From positions 88,290,001 to 88,354,000 of the forward strand of contig CM052816.1 in assembly GCA_028534125.1 (NCBI GenBank): 64,000 bases of DNA, written 5' to 3'. The notes beneath the pieces are model-generated. The model ran no database searches and had not been told where the DNA came from. It saw only the letters and a list, made by a program, of their open reading frames with translations. The position numbers were made by a program, and so were the translations under genes. Positions 36,728 to 51,019 of this stretch are shown in pieces; within the stretch, counting starts at the first letter, position 1, and the number at the start of each line of letters is the position of its first letter. The stretch comes from Lama glama. Taxonomy: Eukaryota.

Positions 36728-37599
36728 TTCTTGCCTATTATTTCCAGAAAGCCTATATGTAAAATCTATTACATCAGTGATTGAAGGGATATACAAATTC
36801 TTCTATCAGTATTTGAAAAACAGTAGATTCACTTATTCTAAAATTAAGAGACAGTATCATATTTAAAGTATAAGTGGTATCTATTTAGAAATACCCAAAC
36901 ACTTGAATAATCATTATATAAAAATCACTTAAATTCCTAAACAAAAAGCAGCTATTAGCCATTTCATTACTCATATCATGGCCAAATTTTTTATCACTAA
37001 TAAAAATAGTGAAATTATTAAAATGTTTGCACTTATGTTTGTCTTCATGATTAATATTCCAAATCACGGAAGACTAAGTAACATGGGGGGGGGTGGGAAA
37101 CTCTTATTTTAAAACACACAAAAATTATGAATATATGTTTAAATTTTTAAAATCAATTCTATGCAAGTAAATTTTTTTTAAATGTAAGGAAACTCCTTGG
37201 GACTATAAACACAAAAAGAAAAGGATAGAGTGGTAGGCATATAAGTTGATGCTATAGCTGTATGAGGCACATTATATATTATGCTTCTCCTGGTAACTGA
37301 GAAGGTTTTCATGCCCATGAAGGTACATGGCATGAAATCTTTATGTATTTATGAAATAGAAATATAGACCTGGAAGATTAACACAAAGTTAAGACATGAA
37401 AAAAAAGAAGTTCCCACCAGCACAGTAAAAACACCAGTATATTTAGCTTTATTTGCCTAAGGTGTAGGTAAGAGGGAAAAAAATGGTTCTATTGATATTT
37501 ATAAGTAGGGGTCATTTGCTCTATTTGAGAGAAAGATTAAATTGATGGTAATCATGAGGTATGAAAATCCAAAGTCAAGAACGTAACAGAAGAAATGGT

Positions 37600-39950
37600 T
37601 TTAAGATAGCGACACCCTTTGGATGCCTACTGCAGAGAAGAATACTGTAGAAAACTCCTCTGAAAGAACAACCTTCAATCTTAATTGCAAAAAATTTCTG
37701 AAGAATATGTTCCTGAACGAATACCAATTTAAAGTGAGCAGAAAAAAACAAACAGTAGGATTATGTGTTCATATTAAAACCATTAGATGTAAACATTGTA
37801 AAGACATCACCACAGACGCTACAGATTAAAAATTTTAAAAAGATGTTATAAAAATTTTATGCAAGAAAATTAGAGCATTTAGATGAAATGGATGAATTGC
37901 TAGTGAGATATATTTTACTGTTAGAAGGAAAATAAAACATCAGGGAAATTCTTTATCTATTAAAGAAACTGAATTCTTAATTGAAAACATGCTTAACAAA
38001 GAAAATTTTATGCCTAGAGACTGTCCCAGGTAAATTCTTCTGATCTATTAAGAAACAAATAACCCAAACTTATGAAAATGTTCCAGAAAATAGAAAAAAA
38101 AAACTTTCTGATTATCTATGTGAACCTTGATATTAAAATTCAACAAAGATATCACAAGGAATAATAATTGTAGGTCGGTCTCTTCAATGAACGTAGGTAT
38201 AAAAATTGCAGTCAGATCAAGGACATGGTGAATCCAAAGATATATAAAAATGATATTACATCATGATTACAGTAGATTTATTTCAAGAGTGCTTGGACGA
38301 TAAAACATGCAAAAATTAATCAATGTAATTGATCACAGTGACAGAATAGGAAAGAATATAATTATAACATCTTAATAAATCTTGGAAAAATTAAAACCAT
38401 TAATGGGGATAAAAACAAGCCCCCCAAATCTAAGCAAGCCAAATAAAGGCTTACTTGAAGAACAAAGTACAGATGAGAATTTGTCTTCCCAGATATCAGG
38501 AGGTATTCAAGTTAAAATAATTGAGAGGGTGTGGTATTGATTAAAGGAGGCAAAATATAACTACAGCAACGATAAAATGGAACAAAATGCTGAGATATAT
38601 GAGAGATCAGCATTAAAATTTGGATATTTATTATTATTTCTATTATTTTTATTTTAAGTTTTTTTTTCCTGGAGCATGTTCCTAGAAATGATTTTAAATT
38701 GTGCTTATTTTATTTAAATTGCCAAATTACTCTACAAATAGTTTGTGAAAAGTCACGTATCCGTGAGTAATGAAGTAGATTCTTCATTTCACTGCATTCT
38801 CATCAATGCTTACAATGCTGAACTTTTAATTATTACTTCTTTGATTCTCCTAAAATGACATATTTTTGTTTTAAATTAAATTTCACATTTCAATTGCTAT
38901 TTCGGTTCTGTTGTTATGGATTATTGGCTGTTCACACACTACTTTGCCTTTTTGTTTTTTTGCCTAAGAAATAATTCTTTGTTTTTGCTTATTGATTTAA
39001 ACAAAGCTTTATCTTTCTGATAAAAGTAATAATGATTTTTTAAAAATCTTCAGTAATGTGAGTTGGATTCATGATTTATTTTTGGTGCATTTCATTGTAT
39101 GGAAAGTTTTATGCTTAATATAATCATATTCAATATTTGCATAATAATTACAATTTTTATGATCAAGAATACTTTTCTACTGTAAATATATTCTCTTATG
39201 TTTCTTCTAAAATATTTAATTTTTTAAACTTTATAAGAATATTTTTAAACTTAAAAATTTTTTAACATTCATAAGAATAATCTACCTAGAATTAACTATT
39301 TTAAGAAGAAAATAACACTTCATTTTTACATGAATAACCTACTACCTAAGTACAATTCATAAAATAGTTCTTCTTTACCCATTGATTTTTTTAACTTTTC
39401 AACTTCTCTTTCAACACTAATAAAAATATTCAGATCACAGGGTACAGCTCACTGATCTCTTATAAACTGAGAGAATATGGATGCAATGAGAAAAAGATCA
39501 AGAATCGTAATATTACTAGTGCTAGAATGTTAATAATTCACATATTTTAATAAGCTCAAACTAAAACCAATCCAAATGCTTGTCAACAAGTTAAATGGAT
39601 AAATAAATAGTGGTCCAATTTTGAACTTGATGATTATAGGGCAAATATGATGAATAAGCTAAATTTTCCTAAATTAGCATGAATAATCACAAAGAAACTA
39701 TATCATTGACCAAAAAGAGAAAGTTGCAGAAAAACAGAGTATCTTCCATTTATTATATCTGTTTATATACATTCCTGCCCAACAATGTTATACATAAAAA
39801 GTAGACCTAAAAGTAACATGCATGCTTTTATGCATGGTAACAATGAACCTAAACCAAGTTAATGATTATCTCTAGGAGATGAAAATACAGGTGAATGTAA
39901 TGAAGGCTTTGTCTTGTATATGTAATGCTCCATCAATTTTAAAAATACTT
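37600..39950. mobile_element. Old L1ME-type fragments (sense, antisense, sense)
   Basis: tttagatgaaatggatgaattgctag and aattaatcaatgtaattgatcaca ORF2 remnants; antisense piece 38.65-39.4 kb. Confidence 0.65.
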
Positions 39951-42900
39951 ATTACATGTGAAAAACTTAATATGAATATTGAGTATCCAGTTTGATATGT
40001 ATTCCTTCTACTTTAACATATTATATTTTATTTACAAAAGTAATTATGTTAAACACAGATTTTTAAATTTTAGTCTTTGTTGTTTTCTAACATGAAGGTT
40101 TCATGCCATATATTTTATCTAAATTTCTTGTTAGCGATACTACTATTTTTAATACATAGTCCTTTCATTAATTTATGGCTTTACAAGTTTTAAACATAAT
40201 TTGATTGTTTGCTTATGCTTTTTCAGTCCACTGTTCACTTGTAATAGTTTAGAATTACACATGAACATGGAAAAACTTTATTATACCTAAAAATATCTAC
40301 ACATTTAATTAAATACAGTACTTTATTTACAAAGCCTATAACTTCATAATCAGTTTCCAATAAATTCAACTCAATAAAATAACGTAAAACAATGGGAACC
40401 TTTAATAGCCTATGTCTATTTTCCTAATCAATATTGGTCTACTTCTCTCACATTTTTATTAAAAATTTTCCTAGTTGAGTAAACATTGACTCCAGCACGT
40501 TACCTGTTCTGCCAAGCTTACTTTGCTAAGGTTTTAGTATTTCCATGAAAAATTAAACCCGGAAATCTCACTTTGACCTTAACTGCCAGTCAACCAGTGT
40601 ATTATACAAGATGAGCTATGACTGTAGGAAATAACAAGAGATGGTCAACGATTGTTTCAGGTACACTGACAGAGTGAACAGTTACTTAATAATACCTATT
40701 TTCTGTTTACAATTTGCTAACTTGTCTAGCTAGCAAATTTTTTCAATAGCTATATAAACGTATATCCACATTTAGAAACAAAATGAAAATAACAGATAAA
40801 GTTGACCTCAGATAAATCAATGATCTCTTTAACACTCCCACTGTAAAAGCATTTAGTACAGAGAAACAAGCAGCAATAGGGAAACAGAAAACTCAATGAT
40901 ACGGGTTGGGATTTGGTGTAGGTTAACTGTGAAGCATCAACATACTTTCTGCATTTTGTCATACTCTATGGAGATTTAGTATTCTATCTAAATCATGTTA
41001 ATAGTAATAGACATTTTTTTTTCAAAAAATCTTCTTTGAAAAACAGTGCATTTCTTTCAAGTTGACCTGAAGGGCTGGCACTACATGATAAAGTTGTGGA
41101 GCCAATTTTAGTCAATTTTGATCATTTAAGGATACTTTTACACTGTGAGCTCAAAGCTTCAGAAATTATCTAACACATTTTTCTACAAATAGAAAATAAC
41201 ATAGTTATAAAAATATAAAATTCTTGGTTATCCAATAGACAAGTGGTTTTGAACCATGTTAAGTACAGATAGATTTAAAGCATATAAGTACCTGGAGCTT
41301 AGATGTTTTATTTAATTTGATTATTAATAAAAATAAAGCCCTCCTTGGTTTTTCAACAGACATGACAAATATGGATACGTTTTAACAACTGGTTTACAAG
41401 TCTATGAAGAGTAAGTGATGGAAGAGAGAAATGGAAACAGCAGATGTGATAAGGATTTGCTTGACACGTAGTCCTGAAATTTAGTTTGATAGTAATATTG
41501 CAAATTTCTGATGCCTGGATATGTTTGAGTTTCTAGAGATTTAAATGAAAGGCTCATATTCAAGGAATAATCAAGCAATAAGTGAGGAAGAGAAAATATC
41601 ATTCTTTCCCAATTTTCTGCAAAATCTCCCATTTTCAGGAGATGACTATAGGCACTTATCTGGCCCAGAGGACTTCTGATCCACTTTCAATACACTCTTT
41701 GGTTAGAGTTTCCTTATCTCTGGAAAAAACCTGAAAACATTTAATTAGGTTCGTCATGTCTCTTGCAACCAGAAAAGGAAATTTAAAGTAATCGCTGCTG
41801 ATGTTTGTAAGCAGTTTTGCTTACTAAATATAGTATGTGAAGTAACTGTCATTATTTATTTTGCTCATGGGCCTCCCTAATTAATTACCCCAGCAACAGT
41901 GTCAAAGTATTCATTTCTACCCTTGAGTCTTCAGTGAGCTAGATATCTTCAGTGAGCTCCATTCAATGAAATAACTAATATCTCACGTACTTTCTCCATC
42001 TGAGATAATATAAGTGAGTGCACAGTTATTGTCATCAGGGGATTTATCACCGAGGGAAAATGGTGACCTACAATCAGCAACATGAAATAATTGAATGTAG
42101 TAATGAAAAGCAAGTCAAAAGCAGTAGTTGCTGTTGCTAATTAAGTGGAGTTCTTTGACAGAAAATAACACTGATTAAATGAAGACATGACTGGCCATGA
42201 GCCATTGATATCAGAAAAGTGTAATCTTACGTATTCATTGTTCCCCACATGGGAAGGGCGCATGCTAAAAGAAAAATTAACTAAAATTTATCTTCAAATG
42301 TAGAATGTCTGAAAGTTGACATAGCAAATACGAGGTACTTCCTAATTGCCATATGTAGTTATATTGATTGTACGATATTCACATTTATGTGGTATAACAA
42401 TGCATTCTTACTAGCATTTTGAGCACTAGTGTGCTGACATTTTACACCTAATTACATTTAATTATCTTTAATTTTAAAAAAGGCACACACAATAGAGATG
42501 TTGAGAAGTTTATCTGAGGGCACACACAGTTACAGAAATTACTTCTCAGTTGTCTTAGTAGACTCTTATCATAAAAAGTTAGCTAACATTGGAAAAAAGC
42601 ACTATGTTGTGGATATGTTATATTTTTGTTGTTTTTTTTCCAGCGTAAGTTCTTAAGAAATAACTGAAGTACCCTCACAACTGGGTAAATAGGCATGTGT
42701 TAGCATATATGCACATTATACTAATATTTTATGATCCTTTTTGACAAAAGAAAGCTACGGCATTCTTAATGAGAGTTTTGCATTTCCTTCAAAGAAGGAA
42801 CAAAAAAAGCCACAAAACCAAGATGTTTCAAAAACAGTTATACATAATTATTACTAAACAATAATTTGTCTAATAGTAAGAATAACTGTGGAATGTTTTC

Positions 42901-43241
42901 CATATTTATAAAAGGTATACAAGCTACTTCAGATGCTGAAATGAATTACAATCATATTTCCAACTTATATTGTCTTCATCTAACAAAAAAGAATGGAAAA
43001 TTAACGTTTTAAGATAAAATCATTTAATGTTTGATTGTTAAGTGCCTACATCTAATTGCTATTACTCAGACAGGATATATTACAATAAAAATAAATAACA
43101 CATAGTTTATAGAGAATTTCCCATAAAATATATTTTTATTTGCAGTGTAATCCTGAAATACAATATCTAAGCAAGCTCTAATTCTATTTAAACATTTGCC
43201 ATTGAATTAAAAGTGACAGAAAGGAATGCACTTTGGAAAGT

Positions 43242-43581
43242 AGGTAATTCTATTTTTCTAGTGAAATATAGTTGACTTACAGTATTGTATCAGTTTCAGG
43301 TATACAGCATAGTGATTTAGTATTTTACAGATTGTACTCCATTAAAAGTCATTACAAGATAATGGCTACATTTTCTTGTGTTATACAATACATCTTTTAT
43401 ATGTGGAATCTAAAAAATAGCACAAATAAATACATATGCAAAACAGAAATAGACTGAAGGATATAGAAAACAAACTAGCGATTACCAAAGGGGAGAGTGA
43501 AAGGGGCAAATTAAGGGTGTAGGATTAAGAGATACAAACTACTGTGTATAAAATAGATAAGCAATAAGGTAGTTTTATTTT
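43242..43581 (-). mobile_element. 5'-inverted (twin-primed) L1 insertion with TSD
   Basis: Antisense terminal piece 43257-43396 joined to the sense upstream piece 43397-43569. TSD aggtaattctatttt / aggtagttttatttt. Confidence 0.8.
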
Positions 43582-45009
43582 AAGATGAGTAATTTGATAT
43601 ATGATTCCCCAGTCATGTAACAGTACTGTGTGCTTTAAGAAAATGTGATTTTTGACATTGGTTGGATATATTGCTTAATTTGTATTTCGCTCTGTATTTC
43701 AAAATTAGATGTCAATGGGATTAACTTTACAATGTTTATATTGCAAAATCCAAACAGATCTTTTTATTGCTAATCAGTATCTGACTTAAACAAATTATTT
43801 GTAATTCTTGGAAATTCTCACAAGACTGATCTGATCATAAAAAATTCTTAATATTTATTGAAAGGTTTAGAAGATGTTGCAAATATAAATAAGTAAATGG
43901 TTTAAGACTGTCTTGTATGATTAATGTAACTCATTTGTAAAGGCATAGACTCTTTATTACAAAATAGTAATGAGAAGAACTTTGATAGCTCATCATAAAT
44001 ATATTGTTATTGCCTCAAAAGAGCTCAAAAGGAAGATATAGCTATATTTAATTTAACCTTTTTACTAGTAGAATTTGTAAGTTGTTCTTGATTCATACCT
44101 TTGTTCTTTTCACCAGAAAGTAGTGCTGTATTTTAGTGTATTAGAATTCATTTTGACTTTGCAATCATCTTGATTCAATAGAATGTAAAAATTAATTACA
44201 TGAATATTCTGTAACTATGAAAAATAAGTTTCTCAATGGCAGAAATTCAGTGCCTATCAAAAGAAGTTCGAAATCAATCCACTGATGTTTATTTGGAATT
44301 AGTTGCGGATAACTCAGGGTTGCCTGGAGGATCGTCTTTCCCTTATACGAGACATAATTTTTTTTTTTTGGCCACTTAAACCATTTATTTTTAAAACTAT
44401 GCTTCCAGTGTCATGAAATAATGACACCTTCCCTTAATAGCATGACGACTGAGTTAAATCGATGAGATAAATTAATGAGCGGTACTGCCCAATGTTTCTT
44501 AAAGGAAAGAATAGCTGTTTCACAGAAAAACCACAAAAAGAACAAACAAACCAACCAACAAACAGCGATTGGCCTGCATTTCCTCCTGCAAGTCAGTCTC
44601 TCAGAATGAACTTGAGATTTGTTCTTTCTAGGCACCAAGAGGAAATGGGCTGCCACCTCCACATTCAAAATGGACAGTCCTCCTCAGGCAGGCGTAGCTC
44701 TGAGAAGGCAGGAGGCACAGCTAGGCAGAACGTTTCCCGGGCACCTGCACATCCCGTGTTTCTGCCTTCCTCAGCCTCCATTTCCGCACCTCCTCCCTTC
44801 AGGCTGCAGGGTAAGGCAGGATGCAAACACAAAGCTGCCTGTCTTTTTGGTACAAAACGTTTTTCTCCCATCTCAGATGTTAGGTCTTTTAAGAGGACTA
44901 GTTAAGCATTATGTCGAAGATTTATTATTGTTGATGGTTCCCTTGGTGGATTTTTATATAATTTAAAGACTCTCAGCAAGGCATAATTTCTTGTGCAAAA
45001 CATAGTATT

Positions 45010-45024
45010 TTATATATATATATC

Positions 45025-45055
<31 letters not shown>

Positions 45056-45066
45056 GCATACACACA
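45010..45066. repeat. (TA)n(CA)n compound microsatellite
   Basis: Seen directly. Confidence 0.9.
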
Positions 45067-45439
45067 ATAACCATAGGTGCTAACTTGTTATCAATAAAGG
45101 AAGGTCTCATGTTTTACAATATATCTGACCCTATTCCTGCTGCAACAAAGTGATCAAACTGACGGTACACATAGTGTGACATAGACCCCAAGGAAAACCT
45201 GCATTGGGGATATTGTGGATATGGGAGAGGGATGAGAAGAGATTTTTTCCTACTAAAAAAATAAGAAAATTGTTATTAATAATAATGCCATTGTTTCCTT
45301 CCTAACCATTTTCACTTAAATGATTAAGATACGTGTAGAAGTAGCACATTCCACCTCTAGTGACAGAAAAAGTAAAGAGAATTGAGAGAAAGATTTCTAA
45401 AATGTGTAAAATTAACAGCGCTGGTGTGATCAAAACAGA

Positions 45440-45830
45440 TGTTACAAAACATTTTAATCTGCCATCTTATTCGTCTTTCCAAAGGATTCTACTTCTCTGC
45501 TCTCATTGGGGTATCCTGAGATTTTGAAGCGGGTTTTCCCTTGCAGTGAGAGTGGCCATGTGACTAGGTTTGGCTACTGGTCTGTGAGTAGAAATATGTA
45601 TCATTTTCACTGACAACGATGAAGTCTGATGTGTCCCCTCCATCTCTCTCTTCCCTTTCGGTGGCCATAAGAGAGGCTGCATGAGATTGAGCAGCAACAA
45701 ACTGAGCAGCCTGGGAGAATTACCCCAGTGAGACCTCAGACTTAAAGTGACAAGTCCTTCTTTTATTAAACCTTTGATATTTCAGGGTTGATTTGTTATC
45801 AAAGTATGTAACCTAGCCAAGCCTAAACAC
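45440..45830 (+). mobile_element. Old MaLR LTR (MLT1J-like)
   Basis: ccttgcagtgagagtggccatgtgactaggtttggc...tttcagggttgatttgttat. Confidence 0.6.
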
Positions 45831-48148
45831 AGATGAAAAGTGATGATCCGAGAGCTCTTACCAAGTGGTCATATGTGATATGAACTTAGGATGAGACACA
45901 TACAAAAATTTCTATAATTTTTAAAACTTATTTTCTTTTTTATGCCTATTAGGTGTCATTTTTATGTTCATATAAACTAAGAATTTCCATGTATTAACAA
46001 CTAGATATTTTAATAAGGATGCATACTAGAGAAGTTGTAGTTTGTATTTCTCAGTTTCTAAATTTGTGGATGGTTTTTGACTAGTTTATTCTTCAAGATA
46101 TTTTCATCTCTTATTGATAATATCTGTGGTTCTTGTAAACACAGGGGTGTCTTCTTGGTGAAACAAAACTAAGGCTCAGACTTTTTTATTCAATCATTTT
46201 ATAAAAATTCCAGTAAGCAAATATGTGTGAACTTTAACAAGATAAAAACTCACTCATATAAGCTTGAGTGTCGTACAAGAAGTGCATTTTAAGACTCAAC
46301 AATAACAAGTAAGTATTAAGTATTAGTAAGTATTATACAGAATGTTTACAAGTAATGAGACAAAATATAATGCTTTTCTAATTAATATAGAAATGCATGT
46401 CTTTAATAATAACAAAAAAGTATCTTACATAATAAATTATACTCTTGTTTTACTACTAATTTCCCCACATATATGTAGGGTTTTCACTTAAAAAATGTGA
46501 TTCAAATATGTTTCTTTGCTCCATAGCTTATTGTAAACTTATTACACAGCATAATATTGACATATAACTGAAGAAACTATAAGTTAGTATTTCTCTTCAC
46601 TTAAGGAATATGTAACAAAATTGGGAAAGTTTCTCAAAATATAAGTTGATTAAAACACTGGTAAGTATCTATAGCAGAGAAGATTATTATATAGTTTAGA
46701 TCACAAAATTGATAACTGAGAGAAATAAATGACATAATACTGCAGCAAAATTTTCATGATAAAGAAATGCTGATATTTCTCCATATTTAGGTAAAAAAAA
46801 CTTAGGGCATTCATCTTAAAAGCAAAAACTAACTGAATTGCATAAATTTTTATAAACTAGCTCTAACAGACAGGTTAGAAACATGTTTCTCTCTAAAATA
46901 CCAGATGAAACAACAGATTCCCAATTTTGATTATTTTGAAATAATAATGCATTTTACTTTCAAGTTCTAATGAAAACATATGACTTTTTAACAATATTTA
47001 AATGCATTAATATTTTACTAGGAACTTTGGAACAATCTGAAATTTTCATATTTTATTTAAAAAGCTTGTGAAACATACCATAATGCAAGCTGTGAGACTG
47101 GTTTATTTTTCTGTAAAACATTTGAAAGACAGGTAATAAGCTCGAGATAAATTAATACCCACTAAGTAGTAAATGGCAGGCATACTCACTTGGTTATTTT
47201 GTTTTCTAAATGCAAATTGGCTCAAACAGTCAGGGAAAACACTAGCTCTTGAAAAAAGAAGTCCAGAAGTAGTTTAAGCTTCAGGTTTGGCTGGTCAAGC
47301 TCCACACTATTTTCCTTAATCTGGCTTCTATTTATCTTGGTTTTCTGCTATCTTTTTATAGAAGAAGATTTATGTTCAACAGAAGAAAATTGAATTTCTT
47401 GTGACTTTTGGTTAAAAGTGAGGTAACTCTTTTTCCATATGCCACAGTGTACTCTTCTTTGTTTAAGTGAACTCAAGTCTGCTCATCTCAGAACAAATCA
47501 AGCAGTTACATGGAAGGGAGTAATGCTTGAACATCAGTGTCTATGGAAAAGTGGGGTTTGGGAAGCAGATTCTTGGCAGGCAAGCAGCCACACTCACGGG
47601 ATGAGAATTGTGTGTAGATTACCAAAGGGTTTTGCAATGCCTTGAAGGTCGTAAGATTGAATGTGATTTTGAAGATGATGGATGAGAATCAGAGCATGGA
47701 AAAGATGGCAGAAGCCTGTGGATGCATGAAGCCAACCCTGCATTGTGACACCCCTAAAATATTGATTAATACTATCAAGAAGGAAGGAAATGTGATTATG
47801 AATAGACATCCTAGGAAAAACTGGAGATGCATATCTTTTTGCGTTAGATTTCTGCCTCAGGACAGAAACCATGAGGACAGGAAGAATAATCAGCAGAGGC
47901 AATAAGACAGAAGAAAGCAAGCAAACTATGGAACTAATGGGGAATTACTTGAATAGGTCCAGATCCTTGACTTTATTCCAGCCACATCGTAAATCTCTGA
48001 AGAGCACATAGGTCCTAAACCTGTACACAGGTATTTAGAGAAGAATTATTCATAATTTCCCAAATCTGGGAGCAATCAAAATTTCTTCCAATGAATGAGT
48101 TGATAACCAAAGAGGAAAAGAAGCTAGTATAAAAAATTCAATGCTTTT

Positions 48149-48270
48149 GGAGGCAGGATATAGCTTAGTGGTAAAGTGCATGCCTAGCATGCACAAGGTC
48201 CTGGGTTCAATTCCCAGTACCTCTGTTTAAAAAAATAAATAAATAAACCAAAAATTACCTCCCCTCATTA
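48149..48270 (+). mobile_element. Vic-1-like camelid tRNA-Ala-derived SINE
   Basis: gatatagcttagtggtaaagtgcatgcctagcatgcacaaggtcctgggttcaattcccagtacctc (A and B boxes), tail aaataaataaaccaaaaattacctcccc, diverged TSD aattcaatgctttt / aattcaaagtttca. Confidence 0.85.
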
Positions 48271-48317
48271 AATTTTTTTTTAATTCAAAGTTTCAAATTA
48301 CTCAACACTGTTTTTAA

Positions 48318-48482
48318 AGTTGCCAGATAAAATACAAGATGCCTCGTTAAATCTGAATTTCAGATATACAACAAATAATTTTAATACTACTATATCCAAA
48401 ATATCACATAAGACATACTTATACCAAATAATTATTTCTTGTTTAATACTGGGAAAGCTGTATTTTGCTAAATCTTGCAACT
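48318..48482 (+). mobile_element. MER53-like hAT MITE
   Basis: gttgccagataaaatacaagatgcc...ctgtattttgctaaatcttgcaac terminal inverted repeats. Confidence 0.75.
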
Positions 48483-51019
48483 TTAATTTGAATGGCAGTT
48501 TATATAACCTAACCACATGTCTTGAAAATGCAGAAAATCCATTATAGCATTCTAGTACCTGACTAGATATTAAAGATTATGTTAATGACTTTAGTTTTGA
48601 TACAACTCTAAAGCTAATGAAACAGTACTTTCAATTGCTGAGCTGATTGTTGCATTTATACCAGTTCATCCTCTCTACATTGCTTATGTAATATATCATT
48701 TGGACAGACTTTAAAATAAAAATGCATGACTTCTATCAAAGTTGGATTAGCATAGCATAGTCTAAAATGCTCACATTACATTTTCCAAGGGCTCAAAGTA
48801 TTTTGAAAACTAGACCGCAAAGACGTAATATGGGTTTGTTATAAATTTAAGCAAAACAATCACACCTTTTATTCCAATCATGTTATAGGCATAAAGACAA
48901 TTGAGAAAGTAAACATATTAATCACGTGGAGCTTTAGAAATCAGTTGTTTAAGAGTACAGCCATGAAATGAGCATGCAGTTAACTGCATGCTTTAAAAGT
49001 GATTAAGTCTAATAAATGCAAATAAAATTAAAGTCAACATTCTGCATGAAGTGGCTGAGAAATCAAATATTTCCCTGATTATTTACAATAAAATGTAGCC
49101 AGAGAATAATATATATTTACAGGCTGGTTGGATGTTTTAAATTAAATCTTATTCAATCAAAATCATTAATTAAAGATCAGTAGAATAAATGACATCATAT
49201 GCAATTCATGCCAGTGGTTAATTTTAGCACTTGGTTAGCTTTTCCATTAGCACTGTTAAAGATATTGCACAACAGTTTCACACATATAAACACACACAGA
49301 CACACACAAACTTCTTTATATTTTTAAATTGCAATTTAATCTATATTATAATGCAGATTGCATAGTAGGTTATCTGATCTTCAAATCTTATCACTCATAT
49401 ACCAAAAATCAAAAATAGTTTCTTTATTTTTAAAGTCTTAACGATAATTCTTCAGTGACATTCTATCACCTAAATATTAACATAATTAATATATCTTTAA
49501 ATACAATGTATAATTAAAACATTAAGGACACATCATTTTTAAAGATGCTATTGGAAACCATTAAAGCCTATGAAATCAACTGGGAAAGGTAAGCCACTGG
49601 CTTAAGACCTGAGACTTAGAGAATGTTAGTATTCAACAAAAGTGAGCATTTTTTGAAATCAAGGCTTATATATAAAATGCATCTACAGTATGCAATATGG
49701 TGACAGTGTAAGTAACTAACAGTAAACTTTTAAAGTATTACTCTTACATGTCTACGTGTGTTTTAGAGAAAACCAACATTTATTATCTCTAATTGAATAG
49801 AAATACTCCATCCTGACAGAGAAAAGCACTTGTTAATATGACTGTATTGAGTAAAAACTTATTTAAATTAAGCATAATGAATACACTTCAAAATTCTTCC
49901 AGTACGTTTGTTATAGGATACTCCCACCTAAAGATCATTTTTTCCCAAATATTAGATTTTAATAGGTGAATATCGGCAAAAACCTTGTTTATAGCTCCAT
50001 CAGACTAGAGTTGGCATATGAAAGGTCTTTTAAGATTGATTTAACTGCAGTGGAAGAGTGATCTGTTTTTCCATCAAAGTTTATTGGGCATCCAAAGAAT
50101 AATATGGTGTACTCGAAGTGCATCCAGTGAACATGCCAAGCCGGCATGCTTCATACTTCAAACACTGATAGAGGGGTGGGAGTTTATTTTTAGCAATTGC
50201 CCATCTTACATTTCCATACTCAATAATTAGTTCAAATGAAAACTGAAGTTATAACATGACATGTTTAAGTATCTCAACTGAGTTAAATCCATCACAGTTT
50301 AAAAATGTTTTAACTTAACCTGCTTAAAACATAATACTTTTTGTTTTGATCTAGGGATTGCTTCAACTTCAAAATATTTAGGAATTTTCAGAAGTCCTTT
50401 TTCACTACAGAACAGTTTCTGAATTAAATTATTGTAATCTTAACTCTTTTTAGTATAGCTATTCACCTTGCAAGTTCATAGATGTTAAATGACTTATTAA
50501 CTTAGTGTCCAAGTGACAATACTTAGTAACATAATGACTTAATATGCTTTATTAGGTGCTGCTACAAACTCTTAGTGGTACAATCTTGAGTTTCACCCTT
50601 GATTATGCCATGAATATGCTTCACTGGAAGTATAACAGAGCCATCCCGATCTGCTCAAATCACTGCTCAAACTCCCAATATTGAGTTAGCTTGATATTTA
50701 CAGTGATTGTCAAAGAAATAGAAGTTTGAATTAATTAATTTAGTGCATCTGAATGGAAAGATTAACCTTAGGAAATGATCTTGTTAAAATGAGACACTCA
50801 AGACAATATCTTACTGTAATGATTTCAACAGGAAACTGTTGCATAAAATACCCACACTTCTAGGTTTTAATGCTTCAATTTTCTTGCTCTGATATTGGAG
50901 TTATTATAACTTGGATTCTCTATAAAGCAAATTCTGAAGCAGAGGCTTTTTGTGCTAATAATTTATTAGGGAGAACAAAATCTGTTAACAAGAGTGAAAA
51001 ATAAGAGGAGTGGATTGAG

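Noticed and set aside
44492..44966. Overlapping 137-aa and 115-aa ORFs
   Set aside because: No recognisable motifs; explained by locally higher GC.
48149..48225. Functional tRNA-Ala gene
   Set aside because: Stems are mismatched, and it has a SINE tail and TSD, so it is a SINE copy.
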